A stretch of 30,829 nt of DNA from Minisyncoccota bacterium (GCA_028715435.1 JAQURU010000001.1:1-30829), one strand, 5' to 3'; positions 15,635 to 23,664 are shown, counted from the first letter of the stretch. Made by a program: numbers and translations. Notes: generated by a model not told the origin, from the sequence alone.

Positions 15635-15650
15635 ATATTTTAAGGCAGGC

Positions 15651-15689
15651 AAAAGGGCAATGGAACTGCACATTCCAAAGCTCTTTTTG
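15651..15689 (+). terminator. Intrinsic terminator
   Basis: AAAAGGGC-AATGGAA-loop-TTCCAAA-GCTCTTTTT. Confidence 0.6.
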
Positions 15690-15781
15690 TTTGCAGCAAA
15701 ACTTGATTTTCGCAAGAAAAGGATGTAAATCTAAAATCAGAGTTAAATAACTTAAAAATTTTGATTCGAAAGGAGCTGGCT

Positions 15782-15994
15782 ATGCAATACGTTGTAGTTC
15801 GTAATAATGACGGAACGATAGCAACTTTCTTATCGGCTGATTTTGAAAATCGTATTTTTAGTTTATCAAATGTTTCTTTGGAGACCAAAACTATTCCAGA
15901 CAATCTTAAAGATTTGCCAAAAGAAGAGATGAGGAAAAAACTTTGGGATTTAGAAAATTACCAGGAGGAGAAAATAAGAAGTGGTGATTCTTAA
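15782..15994 (+). CDS. Hypothetical protein (70 aa)
   Basis: SD AAAGGAG before ATG 15782. The ORF track uses an upstream TTG. Confidence 0.7.
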   Translation: MQYVVVRNNDGTIATFLSADFENRIFSLSNVSLETKTIPDNLKDLPKEEMRKKLWDLENYQEEKIRSGDS

Positions 15995-16160
15995 AATTAA
16001 AAGGTGGCTTTTGTGGGTGCCTGTGCTGCTGTTTTTTGGAGCTCCTGTTATCTTTTGGGCAGTAATTGTTGTTTTTAAAAAAATACCCAAAAGAAGGAAG
16101 GGGAGGAAAGAAAAACAGGAGTCCTGGCACTCTTGGTGGTGGTATATTAAGAAACAATAA
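15981..16160 (+). CDS. Small single-TM protein (59 aa) with a Trp-rich C-terminus
   Basis: GTG start overlapping the previous stop, translating as MVILKIKRWLLWVPVLLFFGAPVIFWAVIVVFKKNTQKKEGRKEKQESWHSWWWYIKKQ. Confidence 0.5.
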   Translation: MVILKIKRWLLWVPVLLFFGAPVIFWAVIVVFKKIPKRRKGRKEKQESWHSWWWYIKKQ

Positions 16161-16239
16161 ATTTTAGCGGAGTTTCTATTGAAACCCCGCAATTTTTTTA
16201 TCTTGCTAAAAAATCAATGAAAAGTTAAGATATTATAAT

Positions 16240-17406
16240 ATGAATTTAGTATTATATCGAAAATACAGGCCAAAGACCTTTGCTGAAGTTGTGGGCCAGG
16301 GGCCAATTATCCAAACCTTAACCAATGCCATTGCCAAAAATATGATTGGCCACGGATATTTGTTTTCTGGGTCGCATGGCTGTGGCAAAACATCAGTGGC
16401 TCGGCTGTTCGCTAAATCCATAAATTGCCAAAACAGAAAAGATGGCGAATTTGAGCCTTGCAATAAATGCGAATCTTGTTTGGAAATAAACCAAGGCAAT
16501 GCCATTGACTTGATTGAAATTGATGCTGCCTCAAATCGGGGCATTGATGAAATGAGGGAACTGAAAGAGGGGATAAGGTTCAGGCCAGTGAAGTCAAAAT
16601 ACAAGGTTTTTATTATTGATGAAGCCCATCAATTAACCAAAGAAGCAGCCAATGCTTTATTGAAAACATTAGAAGAGCCCCCAGCTCATGCTGTTTTTAT
16701 TTTAGCCACAACAGAGCTTCATAAAATGATTCCAACCATTCAATCTCGCTGCCAGCAATTTAGCTTTAGAAAGCTGAAATTACCCGAGTTGGTTGGCCGT
16801 TTAGAGCATATTTTAAAACAAGAAAAGATTAAATTTGAAAAAGCAGCTTTGGAAATGATTGCTCAAAAAGCCAGCGGCAGTGTTAGGGATGCAGAAACCC
16901 TGCTTGACCAAGCAATAAGTTTTAGCGGTTGCGAGCCCGCTCGCAACGCTTCACAAGCAGGCTCGCGTAGCGATGCGGGCGAGGGAGTGTTAAAAACAGA
17001 AATTGTCCAAGCGATTTTGGGTGTGGCTGATAAAACAGCTATCTTTAATTTTTTGGATTTTTTGCAAAATAAAAATGCTAAAAGCGCTTTTGAGCTTTTA
17101 ACTGAATTAAGGTTTTCCGGAGTTGACCTAAAAGAGTTTGTTGGGGATTTAATTGAGCACTTGAGAGAGGCCTTGTTTTTGAAAATTGACCCAAACCAAG
17201 AAAGCGCATTGGTTTTGGTGTTCACTGCTGAAGAAAAAGCTAAACTGCTGAACTTAGCCCAAAAATACACAGAGCAGGAATTAAAAAATATCATTGATTT
17301 GTTTATGACAGCGGAAAATAAAATGAAATATGCTTCAATTATCCAGCTTCCCTTGGAATTAGCCGTGGTTGACTGCTGTTTTGGGAGCAACTTGAATAAC
17401 AAGTAA
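16240..17406 (+). CDS. dnaX: DNA polymerase III subunit gamma/tau (short form)
   Basis: VLYRKYRPKTFAEVVGQ, GSHGCGKT, CNKCESC, EIDAASNRG, IIDEAH, LLKTLEEPP, TIQSRCQ. Confidence 0.97.
   Translation: MNLVLYRKYRPKTFAEVVGQGPIIQTLTNAIAKNMIGHGYLFSGSHGCGKTSVARLFAKSINCQNRKDGEFEPCNKCESCLEINQGNAIDLIEIDAASNRGIDEMRELKEGIRFRPVKSKYKVFIIDEAHQLTKEAANALLKTLEEPPAHAVFILATTELHKMIPTIQSRCQQFSFRKLKLPELVGRLEHILKQEKIKFEKAALEMIAQKASGSVRDAETLLDQAISFSGCEPARNASQAGSRSDAGEGVLKTEIVQAILGVADKTAIFNFLDFLQNKNAKSAFELLTELRFSGVDLKEFVGDLIEHLREALFLKIDPNQESALVLVFTAEEKAKLLNLAQKYTEQELKNIIDLFMTAENKMKYASIIQLPLELAVVDCCFGSNLNNK
16928..16983. repeat. GC-rich palindromic element inserted in frame within dnaX
   Basis: GCCCGCTCGCAACGC...GCGTAGCGATGCGGGC imperfect inverted repeat, encoding about CEPARNASQAGSRSDAG. 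Confidence 0.75.
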
Positions 17407-17409
17407 TTC

Positions 17410-17440
17410 TATGTTAACTTGATATAGGTAGGTTAACATA
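17410..17440. promoter_or_regulatory. Probable operator of the HTH-Doc module
   Basis: TATGTTAAC-N13-GTTAACATA perfect 9-bp inverted repeat directly upstream of the HTH gene. Confidence 0.55.
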
Positions 17441-17449
17441 GAAATATGT

Positions 17450-17704
17450 ATGGACAAAATGTTTGTTTCCACAAATGAATTAGCCAAAATGCTTGGCATA
17501 AGCCGAATCGCAGTTTATAAGCAAATAAGAAGCGGAAAAATAAAAGCCACCAAAAGGGGCAGAAATTTTTTTATTGAGCGGAGTGATTTAAATAATATTT
17601 TTAAAAACACACTCACTGAAAAAGAAAAAACAGAAATTAAAAAAGCAGTTCAAAAAACAGTTCAAGATTTTGGCGAAACCTTAAGATTGCTTGGCAAAAC
17701 ATAA
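17450..17704 (+). CDS. Excisionase-like (HTH_17) helix-turn-helix protein, probable antitoxin or regulator
   Basis: FVSTNELAKMLGISRIAVYKQIRSGKIKATKRGRNFFI, immediately upstream of the Fic/Doc gene. Confidence 0.85.
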   Translation: MDKMFVSTNELAKMLGISRIAVYKQIRSGKIKATKRGRNFFIERSDLNNIFKNTLTEKEKTEIKKAVQKTVQDFGETLRLLGKT

Positions 17705-17709
17705 ATAAT

Positions 17710-18132
17710 ATGATAGAAATTTTATCAATTATAGAAGTGGAAGCAATCGCTTTTGAATTAGCTAGAGAATTGCTTAGCTTTGACGAACATATTCCTGAAT
17801 TTTCAACCCGTTTCCCTAATGTTTTGGAAAGCTGCTTATTAACGCCATTTCAGACATTTTCCAAAAAACCTCTTTATAAGGGTTTATTAGGAAAAGCGGC
17901 TATCCTTTTTTATTTATTGATAAAAAACCATCCTTTTCAAAACGGCAACAAAAGAATAGCCATTACCGCATTGCTGGCCTTTTTTTATAAAAACAAAAAA
18001 TGGCTGGAGGTTGACACAAAAGAGTTTTATAATTTCGCTATTTGGGTAGCGCAAAGCCCAAGGCAGTTAAAAGATGAAACAGTTATGGCTATTGAAAAAT
18101 TTTTAAAAACGCACACAGTAAGCTTAAAGTAA
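17710..18132 (+). CDS. Fic/Doc (death-on-curing) family toxin
   Basis: KAAILFYLLIKNHPFQNGNKR Fic/Doc motif. Confidence 0.92.
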   Translation: MIEILSIIEVEAIAFELARELLSFDEHIPEFSTRFPNVLESCLLTPFQTFSKKPLYKGLLGKAAILFYLLIKNHPFQNGNKRIAITALLAFFYKNKKWLEVDTKEFYNFAIWVAQSPRQLKDETVMAIEKFLKTHTVSLK

Positions 18133-18136
18133 TTAT

Positions 18137-18207
18137 TGCGGGGTCGTCTAATGGTAGGACCACGGACTTTGAATCCGTTTATCTAAGTTCGACTCTTAGC
18201 CCCGCAG
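18137..18207 (+). tRNA. tRNA-Gln(TTG), CCA not encoded
   Basis: TGCGGGG/CCCCGCA acceptor stem, ACGGA-CTTTGAA-TCCGT anticodon arm, CTAAG-TTCGACT-CTTAG T arm. Confidence 0.93.
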
Positions 18208-18252
18208 CACTTCAACTCGCTTCATCCAAAAAAAGAAGCAAAGTATATTAAT

Positions 18253-19101
18253 ATGGAAAATGTGATTATTACAAACCAAGAGAAGTTTGAGCAAATAAAA
18301 GCAGCGATGAAGAAAAGTGGGGCAAATAGTCTGCATGTTTTAGCTGATTTTGACCGCACTTTAACCAAAATGTTTGTTAATGGTAAAAAAGTTTGGTCGT
18401 TAATGGGGGTTTTGCGCGAAACCGATATTTTGCCCCAAGAATATAATATAAACACCCAAGAGCTTTTTAATTATTACCAGCCCATGGAAGCAGACCCTTT
18501 AAGTGCTAAAGAAGAAAAGAAAAAATTAATGGATGAGTGGTGGACAAAAGCGTTTAGTTTAATGATTGAGTTTGGCTTTAATAAAAGCCATTTGCAAAAA
18601 ATTATTAACGCAAAAATGATTGCATTCAGAGAGCAAGCCGGAGATTTTTTTAATATTTTAAAGCACAAAAATATTCCATTAGTGGTTATGTCAGCTTCTG
18701 GGGTGGGGGAGGCAATTAAGCTAACTTTTGAACAAAACAATTTTTTATTTGACAATATTTTTATAATTTCTAATTCTTTTGAGTGGAGCGAACAGGGGGT
18801 TGCCATAAAGCCAAAACTGCCCATAATCCACAGCTTAAATAAAGACGAAACTTTAGTGGCTGATTTTCCTGAAATTTTTACTAAAGTAAAAAACCGCAAA
18901 AATGTTATTTTGCTTGGGGATAATGCAGAGGACGTGGCAATGGTTGAAGGATTTGAATATGATAATTTAATAAAAATCGGGTTTTTGAACGAAAATGTTG
19001 AGGAAAATTTAGAGCTTTACAAACAAAATTTTGATGTTATAATAACCCACGATGGCTCAATGGAATTTATCAATGAGCTGTTATTAGAAATCGCAAATTA
19101 A
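18253..19101 (+). CDS. HAD-family pyrimidine 5'-nucleotidase (cN-III/NT5C3-like)
   Basis: LHVLADFDRTLT (DxD), VMSASGVG, IISN, IIHSLNK, NVILLGD, LIKIGFLN, FDVII. Confidence 0.85.
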   Translation: MENVIITNQEKFEQIKAAMKKSGANSLHVLADFDRTLTKMFVNGKKVWSLMGVLRETDILPQEYNINTQELFNYYQPMEADPLSAKEEKKKLMDEWWTKAFSLMIEFGFNKSHLQKIINAKMIAFREQAGDFFNILKHKNIPLVVMSASGVGEAIKLTFEQNNFLFDNIFIISNSFEWSEQGVAIKPKLPIIHSLNKDETLVADFPEIFTKVKNRKNVILLGDNAEDVAMVEGFEYDNLIKIGFLNENVEENLELYKQNFDVIITHDGSMEFINELLLEIAN

Positions 19102-19185
19102 AAATTAGGATATTAGTTTGTAGCAAGCAAATTGTTTAATTTTCAATTAAATAATTTAATTGTTGTAAAAACAGGAGATGAGAAA

Positions 19186-19419
19186 ATGGGCAAAAACGAA
19201 AAAATCATTAAAAGGGAACAAGTGGGGAAGGGGCCTCACGGAGAGGCGATTTTTCACCTTGTATTGCAGGAAAAGCAAGGAGTTTTTCAACATATCCTTG
19301 GATGCCCGGATTTAAAAAGAGCATTTGAAATCAAAGGGCAAAACCAAGAATATCTTCCCCAAACAAAATTGGACAAAGATGTCCTTGCGTTTCGGGAAAT
19401 ATTAGAAGCGGGGAGTTAA
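19186..19419 (+). CDS. Hypothetical protein (77 aa)
   Basis: SD AGGAG before ATG 19186, followed by a terminator. Confidence 0.65.
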   Translation: MGKNEKIIKREQVGKGPHGEAIFHLVLQEKQGVFQHILGCPDLKRAFEIKGQNQEYLPQTKLDKDVLAFREILEAGS

Positions 19420-19434
19420 AATGTTTTGCACAAA

Positions 19435-19477
19435 AAATGCCAGGTTGCAAGAAAGCGAACCTGGCATTTGCTTTTTT
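19435..19477 (+). terminator. Intrinsic terminator
   Basis: AAATGCCAGGTT...AACCTGGCATTT followed by GCTTTTTT. Confidence 0.8.
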
Positions 19478-19516
19478 ACAGTGCTAAAATGAATTTAAAC
19501 AAACCCCTAATCTCAA

Positions 19517-19544
19517 TTTTGCATTTTGACTTTTGCATTTTGAG
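19517..19544. repeat. Heptamer tandem repeat
   Basis: TTTTGCA TTTTGAC TTTTGCA TTTTGAG. Confidence 0.8.
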
Positions 19545-19552
19545 TCATTTTT

Positions 19553-19630
19553 ATGGATATCTATAAACTAATGTCGGCCTTAATTTTGCTTATTGCTCTT
19601 GCTTCTGTGATCTCTTTTATTGTAAAGTAA
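19553..19630 (+). CDS. Possible 25-aa single-TM peptide (MDIYKLMSALILLIALASVISFIVK)
   Basis: Entirely hydrophobic core and no SD. It could be a chance ORF. Confidence 0.3.
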   Translation: MDIYKLMSALILLIALASVISFIVK

Positions 19631-19658
19631 AATAAAGGTCATAAAATAATTCATTTAT

Positions 19659-20408
19659 ATGAAAAAAAATAATTTTTTGAAAATTTTTATTTGCTTTTTA
19701 GCGATTATTTTGCTTATTGCCGGTTTGGCTGGAAGCAGTGTTTTAGCAAAAAGCAATAAGGATGAAAAAGATGTAAGAGTAAAAGTTTTTGTGCATTATC
19801 CTCGTCCAGATGGAGGGAAGCCACAAAAATCAGCTTGTTTGGATACTGTTAATGACCAAATAGAAAATTATGGCTTAGTTGGCTGGAAATTGCCAAGTAG
19901 CACAATTTCTTTTAGTGTTAACTATAGTTCCAAACCATTAAATATGTCGAATGAAAACGTGAAGTCAGCAATAACAAATGCCTTTCAAACCTGGGAAACA
20001 AGCGATGTAAACTTTCAAGAAGGCGCGGCCAGCAGTGTTGCACGCTATCAATACGATGGCGTTAATTTAGTGGCTTGGGGCAGTGTGCCCAATAACGCTA
20101 TTGCTGTTACCTATACCTGGTATTATCCGAATACTGGGCAATGGGTTGAGTCAGATACAATTTTAAACAAAAAATTGAAATGGGCTTGGACTGAATATTT
20201 AGGTGATGACTGCGCAGGAGCACCCAATGCCTATGACATTCAAAATATCATGACGCATGAAAACGGCCATTGGGCTGGTCTTGATGATCTTTATAGCTCT
20301 GCTAGCCGTGATTTAACAATGTATGGCTATGGCATGCCCAGCGAGTTGAAAAAAGACACTTTGGGCCTGGGAGACACTTTGGGCTTAGGTGTTCTTTATG
20401 GAGATTAG
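19659..20408 (+). CDS. Secreted matrixin-family (M10-like) zinc metalloprotease
   Basis: Signal peptide, YDGVNLVAWG, HENGHWAGLDD zinc motif, LTMYGY Met-turn. Confidence 0.85.
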   Translation: MKKNNFLKIFICFLAIILLIAGLAGSSVLAKSNKDEKDVRVKVFVHYPRPDGGKPQKSACLDTVNDQIENYGLVGWKLPSSTISFSVNYSSKPLNMSNENVKSAITNAFQTWETSDVNFQEGAASSVARYQYDGVNLVAWGSVPNNAIAVTYTWYYPNTGQWVESDTILNKKLKWAWTEYLGDDCAGAPNAYDIQNIMTHENGHWAGLDDLYSSASRDLTMYGYGMPSELKKDTLGLGDTLGLGVLYGD

Positions 20409-20421
20409 TGATTTTCTCATT

Positions 20422-20457
20422 ATCCAGAACTCCAGCACTTGTTGCTGGAGTTTTTGG
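20422..20457 (+). terminator. Intrinsic terminator
   Basis: AACTCCAGCA-CTTGT-TGCTGGAGTT followed by TTTT. Confidence 0.75.
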
Positions 20458-20481
20458 GTGTAAAATACAAATAAGAACTTT

Positions 20482-21693
20482 ATGGACGAGCAAAATAAAA
20501 AATCTCCATTAGCTGATAGGATGCGGCCAAAAAATTTAGAGGAGTTTTTGGGTCAAGATGAAATTGTGGGCCAAGGCAAAATGTTAAGATTGGCAATTAG
20601 CCAAGATAAAGTGCCTTCAATAATTTTTTGGGGGCCCCCAGGCAGCGGCAAAACAACATTGGCTAGGATTATTGCAAATGCTACTAAGGCAGATTTTATT
20701 CAAATGAGCGCTGTTTCATCTGGTCTCAAGGATTTAAGGGAAATTATTAAAAGAGCCAAAGAAAATGAATGGCAAAACAAAAGAACTATTTTATTTATTG
20801 ATGAAATCCACCGTTGGAACAAAACCCAGCAAGACGGGCTTTTGCCCCATGTAGAAAAAGGGCTGATAACTTTAATTGGCGCTACAACCGAAAACCCAAG
20901 CTTTGAAGTGCGAGGCGCTTTGTTATCAAGGTGTCGCGTTTTTGTTTTAAAACAATTAACTCAAAGCCAAATTACCGCTATTGTTCAAAGAGCTATTAAG
21001 GATAAAGAAAATGGATTGGGAAAATTTAATTTGAAGCTGGAGAAAGGCGTTTTAGAAAAAATCAGCCAAATGTCCAACGGCGACCCCAGAACCGCTTTAA
21101 ATGTTTTAGAATACGCTGCTAGTTTATCAAACAATATTACTTTTGACATTATTAAAGAAGCATTTCAAAAATCCTATTTATTCTATGATAAAGGCGGGGA
21201 TGAGCATTATAATATTATATCTGCTTTGCACAAATCAATGCGGGGAGGAGATGCAGATGCGGCCTTATATTGGCTAGCTAGAATGTTAGAGGCAGGAGAG
21301 GACCCTTTGTATGTGGCCCGTAGAATTGTGCGCTTTGCTTGTGAAGACATTGGCTTGGCAAATTCCCGGGCTTTGGAACAGGCCGTGGCAGCTTACAATG
21401 CCTGCCATTTTATTGGCTTGCCTGAATGTAATGTGATTTTAGCTCAAGCAGTTGTCTATATGGCCAAGTGCAAAAAATCAAACGAGCTTTATGTGGCTTA
21501 TGGCAAGGCCCAAAAAGATGTAGAGGATTTTGGCAATTTGCCCGTGCCTTTGCATATCCGCAATGCGCCAACCAAGTTAATGAAAAATTTGGGTTATGGG
21601 GCTGATTACAAATACAGCCCAGATTTTGATTATCAAGAGCAACAGGACTACTTGCCTAACCAATTAAAAAACCGCAAATATTTAAAATATTAA
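20482..21693 (+). CDS. rarA: Replication-associated recombination protein A (RarA/MgsA)
   Basis: PLADRMRP, WGPPGSGKTT, FIDEIHR, GATTENPSF, HYNIISALHKS, EDIGLA, VPLHIRNAPT. Confidence 0.96.
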   Translation: MDEQNKKSPLADRMRPKNLEEFLGQDEIVGQGKMLRLAISQDKVPSIIFWGPPGSGKTTLARIIANATKADFIQMSAVSSGLKDLREIIKRAKENEWQNKRTILFIDEIHRWNKTQQDGLLPHVEKGLITLIGATTENPSFEVRGALLSRCRVFVLKQLTQSQITAIVQRAIKDKENGLGKFNLKLEKGVLEKISQMSNGDPRTALNVLEYAASLSNNITFDIIKEAFQKSYLFYDKGGDEHYNIISALHKSMRGGDADAALYWLARMLEAGEDPLYVARRIVRFACEDIGLANSRALEQAVAAYNACHFIGLPECNVILAQAVVYMAKCKKSNELYVAYGKAQKDVEDFGNLPVPLHIRNAPTKLMKNLGYGADYKYSPDFDYQEQQDYLPNQLKNRKYLKY

Positions 21694-21696
21694 ATT

Positions 21697-23571
21697 ATGG
21701 AGAAAATTTGGAAAAAAATAAATTCTTTTTCGTTTAGATTAGTTTTTAATATTGTTTTGGCTGTTATTATTGGCTTAGCTTTAATTTTGCATTTTTTGGG
21801 CTGGGATTTTAGCCAGAAAATTTTTATCCTTTTTTCTTTTTTAGGCCTTTTACCGGTTATCAAAAGCGCTGTTTTAGCTTTATTGAAAAAGAAGTTAACC
21901 ATTGATTTGTTGGCTAGTATTGCTTTAATTTTTGCTTTTATATCCCAGGAATGGCATTCAGCTGCTTTTATTTGCTTAATGTTGGCTTTTGCCAGGATAT
22001 TTGCTTTATGGACAGACAAAAAAGCCCAGCATATTCTAGAGCATTTATTAAAATATCAGCCCAATAAAGTTAAAGTGCAGAGAAACAACCAAACATTAGA
22101 GATTTCCTTAAACCAGCTGTTAGCGGGGGACTTAATGGTTATTGAATCTGGCGATAGGATACCAGCTGACGGGCAAGTGGTTTCAGGCCAAGCTAGTATT
22201 AACGAAGCAACCATTACAGGTGAAAGCGAGCCAGTTATGAAAACAATTGGCGATAGTGTTTTAAGTTCAACTTTAAACGAAAGCGGCTCTTTGCTGGTTA
22301 AAGCTCAAAGAATCGGCAAAGACAGCACTGTGGAGAAAATTATTTCTTTAGTAAGCGAAGCTTCGGGCAAAAAAAGCCAAAGCGAAAGGATGTCTGACAA
22401 GTTTACTGCTTGGTATATTGCGATCACTTTATTAGCTGGCCTGTTATTATTTTTACTTTTAAAAAATACTGATTTAGTGCTGTCAATTTTATTAGTTACT
22501 TGCGCTGATGATATTGCTGTGGCTGTTCCCTTAGGATTTACGTTAGCTATTGCTAAGGGGGCTAAAATGGGAGTTTTAATTAAAGGCGGGGGCGTGGTAG
22601 AGAATTTAGCTAAAATTAAATATTTTATGACCGATAAAACCGGCACTTTAACTTTTGGCAGACCCAAAATAATGAAAGCCCAATTCTTTGAAAACATCAG
22701 CGAATCAAATTTTTTCCAAGTTGTTGGCGCCACAGCAGCAAATTCCCATCACGCATTTAGCAAAGCAGCTATAAAATACCTAAAAGACAGGCGTTTTGCT
22801 ATTGAGTCGCCTGATGATTTTTTAGAAAAGCCAGGCGAGGGAATAATTGTAAAAAAGAATGGCGATAGTATAGCAGCGGGCAATTTGAATTTTTTACAAA
22901 AAAATGGATTTTCAGCTATGAAAGGCCAAATAGATTTATTCCAACAAGCCCAGCAAAAAGGTTATAGCACTGTGCTTTATGGTAAAAATAAACAAATTGT
23001 GGGTTTTTTAGCCTTTGAAGACGAAATAAGGCCTTTTGCTAAAGAACTTTTAATACAAACAAGGCAATTAGGAGTAAAAAAGTGGTACATGTTAACAGGT
23101 GATAATGAGAAATCAGCTATTAAAGTGGCTAAAGAATTAGGGTTTGATAATTTTAGATCAGGGCTGAAGCCCCAAGACAAGGTAAAAATTATTGAACAGT
23201 TTAAAAAGCAAAATAAGGGTGTTTTAGCAATGATGGGGGATGGAGTTAATGATGCTGCTGCTCTGGCTTTAGCTGACGTTAGCATTGCCATGGGAAAGGG
23301 AGGAAGCGATGCCTCGGTGGAAGCTTCTGATGTTGCTTTAATGAAAGACAAGCTGAAAAAAGTTCCCCAGATTATTGATTTTAGCCAGCAAGCTGTTGCA
23401 ATTATTAAGCATAATTTTTGGCTTTGGGGCGTTTTAAATGCAATTGGCTTAACATTAGTGTTTGCTGGAGTTTTAAACCCAATGACTGCTGCTTTGTATA
23501 ACTTTACTACTGACTTTATCCCTATTTTAAATGTGTTTAGAATAAGTTTTCTAAAAAAGTCAAGTCCCTAA
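21697..23571 (+). CDS. P1B-type (heavy-metal family) P-type ATPase with atypical membrane motifs
   Basis: ITGES, DKTGTLT, MLTGD, GDGVNDA; TCADDIA in place of CPC; no N-terminal metal-binding domain. Confidence 0.88.
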   Translation: MEKIWKKINSFSFRLVFNIVLAVIIGLALILHFLGWDFSQKIFILFSFLGLLPVIKSAVLALLKKKLTIDLLASIALIFAFISQEWHSAAFICLMLAFARIFALWTDKKAQHILEHLLKYQPNKVKVQRNNQTLEISLNQLLAGDLMVIESGDRIPADGQVVSGQASINEATITGESEPVMKTIGDSVLSSTLNESGSLLVKAQRIGKDSTVEKIISLVSEASGKKSQSERMSDKFTAWYIAITLLAGLLLFLLLKNTDLVLSILLVTCADDIAVAVPLGFTLAIAKGAKMGVLIKGGGVVENLAKIKYFMTDKTGTLTFGRPKIMKAQFFENISESNFFQVVGATAANSHHAFSKAAIKYLKDRRFAIESPDDFLEKPGEGIIVKKNGDSIAAGNLNFLQKNGFSAMKGQIDLFQQAQQKGYSTVLYGKNKQIVGFLAFEDEIRPFAKELLIQTRQLGVKKWYMLTGDNEKSAIKVAKELGFDNFRSGLKPQDKVKIIEQFKKQNKGVLAMMGDGVNDAAALALADVSIAMGKGGSDASVEASDVALMKDKLKKVPQIIDFSQQAVAIIKHNFWLWGVLNAIGLTLVFAGVLNPMTAALYNFTTDFIPILNVFRISFLKKSSP

Positions 23572-23574
23572 GGG

Positions 23575-23603
23575 TTGACCTGTTGCCAGTAAAACAATAA
23601 ACT
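23575..23603 (+). promoter_or_regulatory. Probable promoter of the V/A-ATPase operon
   Basis: TTGACC-N17-TAAACT. Confidence 0.5.
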
Positions 23604-23639
23604 GATATAGTTATTACTTAGCTTGCGGTTTTATTTTTT

Positions 23640-23664
23640 AATTCCGCGGCTTAGCCGTGGAATT
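23640..23664. repeat. GC-rich hairpin in the V/A-ATPase 5' leader
   Basis: AATTCCGCGGC-TTA-GCCGTGGAATT. Confidence 0.7.

Noticed and set aside
15568-16192. ORFs 15568-15750(+), 15640-15903(-), 15906-16157(-) and 15950-16192(-)
   Set aside because: They overlap better-supported SD-bearing ORFs or terminators and lack initiation signals.
16240-17406. Short dnaX implying a frameshift or truncation
   Set aside because: Domains I-III are complete and the next gene follows normally. Short gamma-like DnaX is unsurprising in reduced genomes.
20353-20388. 18-nt periodic repeat (GACACTTTGGGC x2) at the matrixin C-terminus
   Set aside because: In frame, only two imperfect copies, and consistent with the usual L-x-x-G-D-x-x-G helix of matrixins.
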